The notes beneath the pieces are model-generated. The model was not told the DNA's origin. It worked only from the letters and a program-made list of their open reading frames with translations, and did no database searches. A stretch of 52,609 nt of DNA, counting the filler, from Squatina squatina (lineage: Eukaryota), in the NCBI GenBank assembly GCA_031763465.1. It is 3 parts of 3 records of this genome, joined end to end, with 100 filler letters (N's around TTAATTAATTAA, not from the genome) between each part and the next. Parts side by side here need not be neighbours in the genome. Positions count along the whole stretch, not along the records: positions 1 to 16,538 come from JARFOE010000016.1; positions 16,639 to 32,552 come from JARFOE010000176.1; 1 more part is not named here. One strand, given 5' to 3'. Below are positions 11,529 through 25,026 of this stretch, one piece after another. Within the stretch, counting starts at the first letter, position 1; the number at the start of each line of letters is the position of its first letter. The position numbers and the translations under genes were made by a program.

Positions 11529-14500
11529 NNNNNNNNNNNNNNNNNNNNNNNNNNNNNNNNNNNNNNNNNNNNNNNNNNNNNNNNNNNNNNNNNNNNNNNN
11601 NNNNNNNNNNNNNNNNNNNNNNNNNNNNATAAATGGTTTAAAAAACAAAATAATCCTGACTAAACACTGCCTATTATAACTACTGCCACTTTTGAACAGG
11701 TTGCTGTATCATTATGTGATAAGTTGGTTGCCATTTCACTGGAATAACAGGTTCTATTTGTGGCTATACTGGGCATATTCCTGAAGTTAAATTTCAATAA
11801 ACAACTTGTGTAAACTTCTGTGTTTGGCCTGTGGCCGGGTAAGGTAACCTCAGTCACCAATGGGGACTTCTCACTTGAGCCAATCTTTCCAGGGCTAGGT
11901 TTCAACACAAACACAGACAAATCGTTTAGTCACTGTCATGAAAGAAACAGTCATTCAGAATAGTTTGCACTTTGATCAAAGTTCTTTTGGTTAATTTACA
12001 TTTTGAATACTTTGTACATTGGGGTGAGGGGTGGGGTTGGTTAAGAGGCCATATTTGTATTTCTTCTCTCACTCCTATTTATCCTCCTCCCCGCGTGTTT
12101 TTTATGCTACTTTACCAACACTTAGTAATATTTTTTCTTTCCTTTTCACATCTATCTTATTCTCTTCATTTAGGAAAGTCAGACTGTTGAGACCAAATTA
12201 ACAGTCCATGATATGACCGGGTCCCCACTTTCTCAGGCCAAGACATGAAAGTTCATCCTCAGTGATTGACGTGGAATTTTAACTCAGAATTCCTTCCAAT
12301 GACCTGGCATTTTATTGTCAATCTAATATTGTCTGACTGGAATTTATTTGTATCGACANNNNNNNNNNCTGGATTCTTGGCAGTTTCTACAGTGTGTTTG
12401 TTTGTGTGGTGGGGTTATTTTTGGCCTACAAGTGAGATGTGTGGGTAGGGGCTTGTATGGGAACTTTGAAGAGGCCTAAGTCTTGGTGGAATTTCTGTTT
12501 GGCTATTTGACACATCTGCAGCTCAAGACGAAGTCGAGAGTATTATTGGATGTCACTGACAGAGTTAAAGGTGCAGTAGAATAAAAAATATTTTGTATAC
12601 CCTCAGTGTATCAGATGAATGTATCTTTATACAAGTTGGAATAGGGCACCCTCAGGGTCTTCTTTTGCACAGGGTTTAAAACAAGGAACTGCTGTGTAAA
12701 TGCAGTAACCTCTGTGCTACATTTGACATTCACCACATACTGTTGGGGGAAAAAAGCTCAGTAAGAGGGGTGAACAGTCGTGCATTTCTACTTTTGTTGC
12801 GGATTCACAGTTGGAAGCCGAGTGAAGAAGATGTGACAAAACAGGAACATTTCTGCCTTTATTTTATAGTGATTTAAAATGACTAGAGTTAAAATGGAAG
12901 ATGTGTTCCCTTACCAAATTTCAAAATGGAGGCCAGAAAGTACAATGTATATGGAATATTCCGAATTGATAGATCTGGAAATTAGTCAGGATTGAAGGGC
13001 TTTGTTTTTAGGTGACATTTTGTTGTGAGCACCAGACAAAAGTGTTGGCAGAAAACCTGAACCATAAAACAAGGTTTGCAATATTGTTATGACTATTTCA
13101 ACAAAAATGCATTGGCATGTGTGTGTGTATCTGAAAGGTTCACACTATATCAATTTCAATGGTGAAAAACATCCAGTAAGCCATTATATACTTTGGGCAG
13201 CCAATTCGTGGTCAAACTTCAAGTGTNNNNNNNNNNNNNNNNNNNNNNNNNNNNNNNNNNNNNNNNNNNNNNNNNNNNNNNNNNNNNNNNNNNNNNNNNN
13301 NNNNNNNNNNNNNNNNNNNNNNNNNNGACGTGAACCACAACCTTCTGATTCAGAGGTGAGGGTGCTACCCACTGATCCAGGGCTGATAAAAGTCAGCCAG
13401 TTTCTATTATGAGCAGGTGATCCACTCTGCCAGTTTAAGTGCCCAACAACGAAGGTGAAAGTTACCCGCTACACGTGTCGATTCTCAGTTCAGTTTGGAA
13501 ATTCCTACTTTCAGTGCTCTTTCATGATCAGCAGCCAAAACTTCAATGGAAATGGAAATCGGGTAAAGCATATAACGGGCGGCGGATCCACAGCCATCAA
13601 CTTTGTGTCCCCACTGAAGTTGAATTTTATCCCCGGTGTACTTATCTGGAAGTGACGCAGGTTACACCCTGCCCACCCCCATACAAACTCAAGTGTTGCT
13701 AAAGTATGGTGTGCCATCAGTGGCTCAGCCAAGAACTCAAGAAAGTCTAGAGTGACGGATTTGGGCATCAGGTGGTTGTGAGGGAGGCCACTGACCATCT
13801 CTTACCTTATGCGAACTCTGTCTGATGTGATTAAACTCAGTGAATTGGTTTTAAAATATTTTCCCACCCTCAGGGCATATTCCACAATGTGTGGACAAAT
13901 CCTATTCATTGAACAATGCTGACAGAATTAGAATGGATGTTGCTGGCCGTGTTATTTAAAGCATTTTGTCAGCATAAGAGCCAGGCCCATTAAGAGACTT
14001 TTTAATTAAATTCATTAGCAGATAAAACTAGATGCTATTCAGGGCAATCTAACCTGCAGGGTATTATTTTTGGTGAAGTCTACAAACTGAAAGTAGATTC
14101 TCAAGAAGCAAGTTAATCTATACATATCAGGCCAGTAATAAAATTACTGTAAACTTATAAACAGAACACACTGTTGTGAATGAAAATGATCTTATTTCCT
14201 TTCAAAATGCTTGTTTTGAGGAAAAGATTGTCTTTTCTGAAGGAATTTCATTCATTCTGTTGCTCATAATGCCACATGCCATCTCTGGGCAAAGGATCAC
14301 ACGAGGGTCTAGCTTCTGTGCATCTTCCAATGTTGCTTTGAACACCAGCAGCTANNNNNNNNNNNNNNNNNNNNNNNNNNNNNNNNNNNNNNNNNNNNNN
14401 NNNNNNNNNNNNNNNNNNNNNNNNNNNNNNNNNNNNNNNNNNNNNNNNNNNNNNTAATAGAACCAAAACAAATTTACCATTTACATATGGAATACATTTA

Positions 14501-15047
14501 GGATCTCCTGCTCCACTTGTTACTGACTGTCAGAATTGAAAACAGTTTCAAAATATACAATAAAAATGAATGATATTTATTTGAATGTATTCGGTCTGAA
14601 TGTTGGAACAGTATTTTTGTGCTTCAATCCACTGTGGCATAGAGCAGTACAATGCATGTTCACTCTAATCTTCTTTGTACAACGAGTTACTAACCTCAAC
14701 AGTTCTATTGAGAAGGGACACTAACATCTCCAAGAGAGGCAAGAACAGGCCATTACAGGCACTCTCAAACTAGAGGCTATCTTACTACTTACCTAAAACC
14801 TTAAAAAGGATGGAGGTGCAAACTTACTTTATTTAACATAATGAATTCATGTTGCTGAAGTTTATGCTCTCAAAAATGATTTTTGTGAGCTTTCCCTGCA
14901 TTACTTCTTGTGAAATATCCATTTTGACACAACACTAATATACAAATTAAATAGTAATTATATAAAACAGGAGTTCAGAGTGTTCTTACACATTTCTGTA
15001 TCAACTGCTCATTTAGCTCCAAAAAATGTATTTTAAAAATGAACTAC

Positions 15048-15116
15048 CCCTCTCATTGAGTATGTATTTCTCCCTGTTGTAGGTATCCATGTTAACTTCC
15101 AGTGATCCTGTTGTTT
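15048..15116 (-). CDS. CARD19: CARD19 linker exon before the TM segment
   Basis: ttcttccacag|AA ACA...; KTTGSLEVNMDTYNREKYILNER G|gtagtt; phase 1-1, matches the previous exon; ends like human ...LSNRG. Confidence 0.6.
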
Positions 15117-15775
15117 CTGTGGAAGAATTTAACGCAGTTACTATTTAGCTTCACTTTTCTGCACTGTGTAAATACACACAATCAGAACAGGTTAACAGGT
15201 CATGCACTTCAAAAGATTACTTATATTGATCTTTGGAGCAATCACACATGCAAGACTTTAAAGGAGCATGGTCATCACAATAACATTATTTGGCAAACTT
15301 GTTTTTTGTTCTGGAGAGGGAAGTAACCAGATGTGCATCACTTTCGCCATGACAAAGACACACACAAATGAAATACATTCTCTTCATCACTTGGCCCAGT
15401 AGATCATGTACTCCTTTTATGGAGCCCACCCATTTTCATTCCATTGAAATCAGCCAAACCCAATAATGTGCCCAACCAATGTTCATACATCCTCACTAAA
15501 TAGTGATTAAAACTAAATGCAGACTTCCAACTGTATTCAGGATGAGATTATTTACTGTAGCGCAACAGCTTTAAGTCACCAGATAATGACTGTGGTTAGC
15601 ACATTCTTGTTTACATCAAATTTAATTCTGATGTGGTCCATGGTGTTTCTGTGTTATACAGATAATATTACCTTGTACAATTAACTTGTATTAACTGTTA
15701 GAGCTTGCATAAAATCCAGTATTACAAGTGAAATGAGCCACTTTACCTAATATTATCATATAGTCGAAAACTTAC

Positions 15776-15929
15776 TGGCCAGATATTTGCTTGGCAGGTT
15801 TCTGTATATCTGTACATCATTTATCTCCAAAGCATTGTAAAATTCCTTACAGGCTCTGTTGTTCTTGTTCTGCAGATGAAGGAGGAGCTCAGATATTCTA
15901 GCGCACACTGGAGTGTTTACATTCCTGAA
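15776..15929 (-). CDS. CARD19: CARD19 (BinCARD) exon, C-terminal half of CARD; not in ORF track
   Basis: ccaacag|FRNVNTPVCARISELLLHLQNKNNRACKEFYNALEINDVQIYRNLPSKYLA A|gtaagt; aligns by eye to human FRNPKASLRVRLCDLLSHLQRSGERDCQEFYRALYIHAQPLHSRLPSR. CARD19 neighbours WNK2 in human. Confidence 0.85.
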
Positions 15930-16042
15930 CTGTTGGACCAGAATTCAAGGTTCAGTATGATTATCACCAGACGGACAACACAGCAGGACAAATCTTAATT
16001 TATCTTCATCTGGTAACTGGACCACTTATCTTAACAATATCA

Positions 16043-16538
16043 GCCTTGGCCCTGTGGGTAGGACTGTCGCCTTGAGTCAGAAGGTTCAAATCCAACTCCA
16101 AAGTCTTGAGCACAAAATCTAGGCTGACACTCCAGTGCAGTACTGAGGGAGTACTGCGCTGTCAGAGATGCTGTCTTTCAGATGTGGCATTAAACAGAGA
16201 CCCCGTCTTCTCTCTCAGCTGGATGTAAAAGATCCCATGGCACTGAAGGAAAAAAAATTGCAGGGCTACAGGGGAAGGGACTATCTGAAGTGCTCTTGCA
16301 GAGAGCTGGCAAAGGCTTAACGGGCCAAATAGCCTCCTTCTGTGCTGTAACCATTCTATGATTTTATTCAAAGAGCAGGAGAGTTCTCCCTGGCATTCTG
16401 GCCAATATTTAACCCTGAACTGACACCTAAAAAAACAATTATCTGGTCATTGCCATACTGCTGTTAGTGGGACCTTGCTGTGCGCAAATTGGCTGCCATG
16501 TATACTACAGCAACAGCACTTCAAAAGTGCTTCATTGG
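16043..16538 (+). mobile_element. DeuSINE copy interrupted by a CR1 3' tail (about 16245-16365)
   Basis: Colinear with the 34350 copy except for an insert after gatcccatggcact that ends in gggccaaatagcctccttctgtgctgtaaccattctatgatt. Confidence 0.8.
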
Positions 16539-16582
16539 NNNNNNNNNNNNNNNNNNNNNNNNNNNNNNNNNNNNNNNNNNNN

Positions 16583-16594
16583 TTAATTAATTAA
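16583..16594. other. Artificial six-frame-stop linker in assembly gap
   Basis: N44-TTAATTAATTAA-N44 (16539-16638, total 100). Confidence 0.95.
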
Positions 16595-18480
16595 NNNNNN
16601 NNNNNNNNNNNNNNNNNNNNNNNNNNNNNNNNNNNNNNCATCTCCTTTGCAATTGGAATAATTCTTATTGAACTTCTCTCTACCCTCTCCAATGTTTGTA
16701 AATCACTTTTGTGGTGTTACTTTTTTGAGGGGTGGATCAGGGTGGAGAAAAAACACTGACCAGATATTCTTCCCCTGCTGCCAAAATAAGTAACACAAAA
16801 CACAGAATTGGGCGAATTGATAGATCACCTGCACTGAACAGTTGGCCAAATATCATAACGCACGTACACAATAAGACACTTTTCTTAATGAGATGTACAG
16901 CCAAATGGGGCAAAATTCCAGATTTTTAAAAAACATTTGCTTCAGTCCATTTCGAACAGAGTTCAGTTTTTTGTTTTGTTTCAACCCCATTCATAAGAAA
17001 TCTTCACACTACAACACACAAGTGCTCATACAGCTAACTCACAGGTCAAACCAGCTACCTTTTCTTTTTCACAATGTCAGAAGGGGGACCATCTTTGCCA
17101 GACAACAGTAGAGAAATAAAGAACATCATAATATCATTTCTGTGCAATATATTTACACCCGCTTGTGTAATTTTGCCCCAATCACCAAGATACTTATGAT
17201 AATCAACTGAGCATTATCCAAAATCATATCCCAATATGCCCTCCCCAAATCTTTCTTCATAAGTGAAAATTTAGCTATCCTGAAATTAGACCAATGAACC
17301 GGAAGTAGTTGCACGTGCACAGTTCCAGTGGTTTTTTCGTTTGCTGTCGGCGGACTTCACAAAATGAGGAATAAAGAAGTGGATAAAAAACAAAATCTTG
17401 TTCAGTTGTAGTTTATTCTAATAATTGTGAATTATAGAATTTATTCAAGTATGAGCCACTTGTTTGTGCACTAAATTGTGGTTGGTCAGAGTCGGCAGTT
17501 TTCAGGTGGGGGATAGTTTGGCCCCAGCACTGTCTATTTTGCCTGCGGGTAGTTGGAGTTGTTCATATTTTGCAAATTACTGTTCTGAGACTAGAAGCAT
17601 TCGAAGATTCCTGTAACAGTGGTAGGGACGGTAGATTGGGAATCTCTAACATTAATGAAACTTTATTAGTGATGTGCTTCAGCATTTCCTAGATCCTCCG
17701 TCTGTTGTGGTGAGCATTATTTTTAAAATTTGGACATGACAGTTACGCGCAGAATGCTTCTGCACAGCTTCCCGTTTGTTGGCAGCAGTCACTGTCGCCT
17801 CAGCAGTTGAAATGTAACAATACACTAATGTTACATTATTGCAGTCCCCCACATATAAATCAGCTATCATCTCCATCTCACTAGTAAGTATTAAATGTTA
17901 TCATTTGTTCTCTCTGTTACATGTAGAGTAAGAAAACATTCATTAACAGCATCAGCAAATAACTCCATCTTACCTTCCTCTGCACTTGCTGGCTGATTTA
18001 CCAAATAATTATGGAACTAATGACCATTTTACTCAGTTGATTATCATAAATATCTTGGTGTTAGTTCATACTGTGTTGCATCATGGGCAACCACCTTCTC
18101 TTGGAGCTGGCTTGATTGCCTTCGGGAGCAGGAGAGGAATCTCTCAGTTTTTCTTGAATTATTACTGTCTCTGCCCCCACGCACCCCACCACCACCCGCC
18201 CTCTTTTTGCCTCTTCCAGGAGACAGCATTACTACGGGGTGGTTGGTCGGTGTGCAAGTTACACAGGTTGACAGGGCAACTTTGATGGCCACTAATGATC
18301 TTTTCTGACTCTTCATTTTGGACGTTCAATCGCGGTTTAATTTGAGAACTGTATTCAGTTTAAATGTCAATTTAATTATAGGGTTGGTTCTGTAAAGAAA
18401 ACAAAATTACTTCACCTCAAAGTCATAATTTCAGCAATTGTACACAACTTAATATGAACAGATTTGACAAGCATTGGTTA

Positions 18481-18618
<138 letters not shown>

Positions 18619-18892
18619 NNNNNNNNNNNNNNNNNNNNNNNNNNNNNNNNNNNNNNNNNNNNNNNNNNNNNNNNNNNNNNNNNNNNNNNNNNNNNNNNNN
18701 NNNNNNNNNNNNNNNNNNGGTATGCAAAGAGTCAGCACACTGCAAGGGTTGTCAACTTATTCCAAAGAATAAGTTCAGAGTTATTCTCTGGGGGGTTATT
18801 TTGGCCAAAGGGTCTAAATGAGCATGCCAATAAGAAACAGTTGTTTGAAAATGTGGATTTAGCACGCAATTTTTGGGCTAATTGATGACTAT

Positions 18893-20828
18893 CTTGATTT
18901 AAATGTGCCTGTAGGCATTGAAATCAACAACTGCATGATTGGCACTCAAGCGCTGATTAGACTCGAGTTTCCTGGAGCTGCATACATAGCCTGCACTCAC
19001 CCACTTCCATTTCCACTGAAGGTGTGGAGTGCACAGGCTGGGCGAGAAGCCAACGTGGAAGGGTTTCTCAAGGAGCTCAAGATAGGGTGCCCAGGTTCTC
19101 CAATGCGGCACTGTATGTCCTGGTGGAGGAGGTAGAGAGGAGGAGGAGGAGGGATGTCCAATACCCAGAGGGGGGAAAGAGACCACAGAGGCAGCTAATG
19201 TGGCGGATATGGGAGAAGATCGCTCGGGAGGTGACAGCAGGAGCCCTGGCCCCAGGACATGGCTTCAGTGTCACAAGAAATTTAATGGCGACACGAGTGG
19301 TGTCACAAACACACTTCTCAATAACTGCACCACCACCACCAGCATCGCTACCTCAACATACTTCATCCACCATCTAACTATATACTGATATTCACACACC
19401 CTTCACATGCACTACTCACACCTCAGAAACATTGCCCAGCTCTTCAGCCATGTGAGGCAGCACACACACACACACACACACCTGTCAATACTCTCATTCA
19501 CAATCACCACTCTTTCTCTTCCAGGACAAGATAACAGGCAGCAGCAGCACCTGACCGGGAGAGGCCAACCACATCTGCATGCGATCACTCACCTTGAGGA
19601 GGCAGTGCTGGNNNNNNNNNNNNNNNNNNNNNNNNNNNNNNNNNNNNNNNNNNNNNNNNNNNNNNNNNNNNNNNNNNNNNNNNNNNNNNNNNNNNNNNNN
19701 NNNNNNNNNNNNNNNNNNNNNNNNNNNNNNNNNNNNNNNNNNNNNNNNNNNNNNNNNNNNNNNNNNNNNNNNNNNNNNNNNNNNNNNNNNNNNNNNNNNN
19801 NNNNNNNNNNNNNNNNNNNNNNNNNNNNNNNNNNNNNNNNNNNNNNNNNNNNNNNNNNNNNNNNNNNNNNNNNNNNNNNNNNNNNNNNNNNNNNNNNNNN
19901 NNNNNNNNNNNNNNNNNNNNNNNNNNNNNNNNNNNNNNNNNNNNNNNNNNNNNNNNNCCAGCAATTGCTGCTCGCCCCCACCCCCGTCGCTCAAATATTG
20001 TCCTTGCCATTGCCTGTTAGCCAGGCAGCCCAGACTGTTGAAGCCCATGCTGAGATGGTGCAGTCTGAGGCGAGGCCATCATGGCTACAGCCTCTCGAGG
20101 GCGTCTCAGGAGGGCATCTGAACTGCCCTCTTCAGATTCTCAGCAGCCATCCACATCGGCTGCTGCTGGCGCTGGGGTTGCACTTCATAGAAGCACTATT
20201 TTACGCAAGAGAACTTATAGATGGCCACTAAGGGTAAGCAGCAGGGTGAAGAGTTTAATGTTTTTAACTGATGTTGGTTCTGTCATATTTTGTTTCTGAT
20301 GTATATACACAGTGATAATGGTAACTGGGTAATGGTGCAATCAGTGGTCTTTTTTATTGTGATCTTCATGGGGAAGGGGTTGAAAGGATTGACTGCCTGA
20401 TGGATCCTAAGTCATGGAAGGTACATCATGTGGCCACANNNNNNNNNNACGTCTCTCAAAATTACTGTTCAATTAGATGGCGGTGAGTGCCCCACTCAGG
20501 TGTGGCCCATTTACCTGGAAGCCTCTGGTGCTCTCCCTGGTTCGCCTCCTCCTTCCGCTCCTGTTGTCGCTCCTGAACTTGATCCTCTGGCACAATTGCT
20601 GGTGGTAATGGCTGATCTCTCATAATTGCCAGAATGTGGAGCATGCAGCAAATCACCACAAGTGTGGACACCTTCTCAGACAAGTACTGCATGGCACCTC
20701 CTGACTGGTCAAGGCATCTAAACCTCTGCTTGAGGAGCCCAATGGTCTGCTCAATGATATTCTTGGGGGCAGAGTGGCACTCATTGTATGAGTGCTCAAT
20801 GGTTGTTTGGGGCTTTCTCAGGGGACTC
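18893..20828. mobile_element. PIF/Harbinger transposon remnant: Myb/SANT-like gene (+) and DDE transposase (-), convergent
   Basis: +19024 RVPRFSNAALYVLVEEVERRR...WEKIAREV; -20462..20828 PLRKPQT..E.SYNECH...IIEQTIGLLKQRFRCLDQSGG..QY..EKV...VVICCMLH (HARBI1-like C-terminus). Spans two gaps. Confidence 0.8.
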
Positions 20829-20928
20829 NNNNNNNNNNNNNNNNNNNNNNNNNNNNNNNNNNNNNNNNNNNNNNNNNNNNNNNNNNNNNNNNNNNNNNNN
20901 NNNNNNNNNNNNNNNNNNNNNNNNNNNN

Positions 20929-22240
20929 ATGGCACTGTTTGGAACTTCTGGGAAAACAAAGAGTGACAAAACTAGAATGGGACCACTACGGAGATAGAAA
21001 GCATGTTATGTGTTTGCTGTGGGATGTTCACAAAGAAGACAGCAAGATAACAACAGATGGAGAAGGTTAAAAAAAGTTGTGTTTAGACAGCAAGTTCCAG
21101 GAACTTACAAGGGCAGAGAGTGAATGGATTGTATTAGATTCAAACAAGTTACATCAGGCAAGTGATATACCCAGGCTAGCATCAGACCATGACAGTGAAC
21201 TTTCAAGGACTGCAGTTAGAGACCAGCACAGTCAGGAACAGTATTGTCACGACAGAGCTACAAGTGATGAAGGAAGCTCAAGAAATAGGTGAATTAAGAT
21301 GTGTAAATGAAGCAAGTTAGAAAAGCCCGTGAAGCTATATTAGCAAACAGATACCAAGCATTGTCCATCATTGCTGAAGGTATTAAGATCCTTGGAGGAA
21401 AGGTAGTTAGAAAACTAGAGAGGGCAGCTTGGGCAAAGATGCAGCTTGCAGGGCAGTCATAGGTGATTCTTTGCTCAGGAAAGTGGATAGCCACATATAT
21501 CATAAGGACAACACCTACACAATTGTGAGCTGTCTATTGGAGCTAGAGCGATAGATATTGAGGAAAGGTTAGAAAGGATACCAAAAGGAACAAGCAGGGT
21601 TCCAGTGCTGCAGGTCCACATAGGGGTAAATAATATATAGGCCATAAAAGCCACATATAATTGGTTGAAGTCTCAGAGGATGCAAAGTAATGTTCTCCGG
21701 TATACTTCCAGTATTTGGGAAATTATATTTTGGATTTCACCAAAAAAGTGGAGAGGTTAAACAAGTGACTGGCACCATGGCAAGAGAAAATGCTACCTTC
21801 ATAAACTGGGAACCCTTTCACAATAAAAAAGACTGGTACAGGGGAGCCAAGCTACACATAAACCAAATAAGGACAAAAATCTAAGGCAGTAATAGAAAAA
21901 ACAGATTGGACAGAAAAAAGAAAGGGTGTAACATGGAAAGTAAAATAAGTTGATTCTGTCAGAGATAGAAAGCTACAAAATTAACTTCTCTAGTTAGACA
22001 TCTCCAATGCAAAAAAGAAATGCAAGTTACCACTAGGGGTGTGCTACAGATCACTAGGTCAGCATTAGGACAAGGACAGTTTGCTCTTCTGCTGAGATAG
22101 CAAGGGTATGCTAGATCCTGAAAGCTAATTTAATGGTAGACTTCAGTCAAACAAATATAAACTGGGAAAACCAAGCTGTAGATTTCTTGACCAACTGTGA
22201 ATTCGTAGACCTTTACTGAACAGGGCAGATGCAGTTGTCT
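20929..22240 (+). mobile_element. Old, degraded LINE ORF1/endonuclease remnant
   Basis: A-rich coding-like sequence with VLQVHIGVNNI (about 21605), FSGILPV and KLHINQ resembling SGNH blocks; many stops. Confidence 0.45.
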
Positions 22241-23704
22241 GGATCCAGGATACTGCATTCCAGTGGATTCAACAGAATATCTTTACATAAGCCTACACTT
22301 TATTTATGTTTATTTATTTATCCATACAGTCAGCAATTTCACATGAACATAAAAGGAATGTCACTTAAAATTTATAAACTGACAAGTTAAAAAAATAAAG
22401 CCAGTAAAAAGTTTAGCAGTGTACACGTTTAACTTACAGCAGCAGTTTCAGCAAGTACCCTGAAACGGATGCTCTATACAGTTATACATTGTCAGCAACT
22501 GGTGGTTACACAAACAGTTAATGTGCTACACTTGAAAAGTTTATGATTTTTTAAATCTACTTTGTAACTAAGTAGGTGTAAATATATACAGCTGTTCAAT
22601 GGCTTGTGTATCCTATTGGACAATATTATTTGAACAGGAAGCTGCTGAGATGGTATGCTCCATGACCCAACAATGCAAAGCAGTATAATTAGATCTAAAT
22701 TGATGGCATTTAATAGATTTGCATCAGTATTTAGCTTGTACATTGCTTTCTTTTGACATATACAGGATAAAGGTTATTTAACAGCTGTCAGACTTAGCTT
22801 CCCCTTTAAACAGTGTTTTACCCTACCTCTTTTTTTTTTAACTGGGCCTAAAGAACCATCTGTGATGCAAGTTTTCAGCCACAGTATATAACACAATTTT
22901 CAATATTTAGAACTTGACATACGTTTATCACATAGACAGCTCGCGTAATGGAAATGTAGTTATGAACAAGCAATGAACCAGACATTTACATGTATGTACT
23001 GCTGTTCCCCAGAAGTGTTATTCAAAGTTAAATAGTAAAACAGATGGTATTAAAATCAGATGATAACATGCATATGATCATAACCAAAAATAAAATATTT
23101 ACCTATCACCATTGTTGGAGAACTGAATACTGTCTACTTTGTCCTGAAGGGGTGAAAATAAATGTGAATGTTTAAGAAAATCCTGTTACAGTATGCAAAT
23201 TAAGTAGTGGATTTTATTTTAAATTGCACATGTCACGTAAACCAATTAACTTCTTACACAGTGCAGATCATTCACTGTTGCATGTAATCAGTATACACAG
23301 GCCTGCCCCAAATAAAAACAAAGATTTAAAAAATACATGGATCCTGAAAAAATAAAGAAAAAACAGAAAATGTTGGAAACATGAGTTCGTCAGCATCTGA
23401 CAAAGGGTTTGTTAATCTGTTTTTCTCTTTCAGGTGTTGGATAATTTACTTTCTACTTCCAGTATTTTGTACTGGTTGAGTAAGCCTTGGCTCAGTGGTA
23501 GTATTTGCACGTCTAAGTCAAATTATTATGGGTTTGAGCCACACCCCAGACATCCCTGATGAGCGGAGAAAAGAGTTCNNNNNNNNNNNNNNNNNNNNNN
23601 NNNNNNNNNNNNNNNNNNNNNNNNNNNNNNNNNNNNNNNNNNNNNNNNNNNNNNNNNNNNNNNNNNNNNNNNNNNNNNGGACCACATCAGAAATGATTCA
23701 TGCT

Positions 23705-23851
23705 TCATGCTTCAGATATTTCAGATTTACTGAGTGCTATAGCCAGTTCCAAATCCTCTTGTTCTTGCTGGTTTAGTCTCGCTAGTCGTTCCTTCTCTGC
23801 TTGTTCGCTTTCCCTTTTGGCCCACTCTATCTGGTCTTCCTCACTGGGGTA
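23705..23851 (-). CDS. EPS15: EPS15 last coding exon (two UIM motifs)
   Basis: tttcag|YPSEEDQIEWAKRESEQAEKERLARLNQQEQEDLELAIALSKSEISEA*; essentially the EPS15 C-terminus. Confidence 0.95.
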   Translation of the reverse strand, partial: YPSEEDQIEWAKRESEQAEKERLARLNQQEQEDLELAIALSKSEISEA

Positions 23852-25026
23852 CTGAAACATTCAAAACAGGACTGAACAGGAAAACTGCAGAGTATTTCTT
23901 ACAGACAGCAGATCGAATACAATGAATTGTCAATGTATTTTACACTAACAGTGGCAGTACTGATATATTAATAAGGTAATGCTGTTGTCTCCAAAGGTGT
24001 TGAAAATCAAAGTCAGTTTACCTTTACACCTATGTAGATTTTGGTGAGTTGGCAACAAATACAGGTGCTGCCTCCGCTGACACCAGTTCATAACCTAGCC
24101 TAACACCAGATCTGAAAACTATTGGCTACAAGCTGGCAATTCTGCATTGCTAACCAACAGTTTCTCAGGGTTAAATAGTTCCCGATCAAGTTTATGCCAT
24201 ACCAAAGTTATAGACTTAATTGTTTCTGATAGAGTCAGTTTGAGGTACACAGGGATACACACAGCAACGCAACAGGGAAGGACACTTAACTCGAGTCTCC
24301 ATGCAGCTTAGAAAATTGACCATCTTTTCCAAAGCATCAATATTTTCATTGGTNNNNNNNNNNNNNNNNNNNNNNNNNNNNNNNNNNNNNNNNNNNNNNN
24401 NNNNNNNNNNNNNNNNNNNNNNNNNNNNNNNNNNNNNNNNNNNNNNNNNNNNNTTCTCTATAAACAGGAAAATACTTAGGACAAAAAGTACTCCTTTTAG
24501 ACTCGAGTTGTCCTCTTGGGTCAAACTATTTACCTTTTTTTCTGTTGCCAGATTTATAACAAGTTATGTTATGCAGTTGTACATTGAAATGCACAATCTG
24601 TTCACTTTCCCTATTTTTCTAATTTACTGTCAGCCTCCCCCAAAGTTTCTTCAGGCCAAGAGGCATCCCCAACCCCAGGGACAGGCAGAAACCTTGCTCC
24701 CAGGCGCCTGAAAATGCTGTTGGCAGGCTGGCCAAAAAGAACATTTTCGAGAGTGGCTTCAGCTGATCGGCCCTCCAATTTCTTCCCTTTCCTATCTAAA
24801 AAGACAGAAACCTCTTTTCTGACAGCACTGACAAGATGGACAACATGCACCCTGTCCAACTGTGGGCAAGAATGCATATTCTACCACTCCTCGACATAGC
24901 ACACAAATTCCCAATCTGACAGGACCTCCATTCTGCCATATGTACAAAAACAAAATCTGTTAACCACACATGATTTTTGTACTTTAGAACAAATTATCAA
25001 ACACACAAACAAACAAACAAACTTAC

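Noticed and set aside
16583-16594. TTAATTAATTAA as a biological palindrome or piggyBac TTAA site
   Set aside because: Centred exactly in 100-base gaps twice; it is a standard six-frame stop spacer.
17035-17110. Possible TTC39A exon ending at the gtgagt donor near 17042(-)
   Set aside because: Translation does not resemble any TTC39 segment I recognise.
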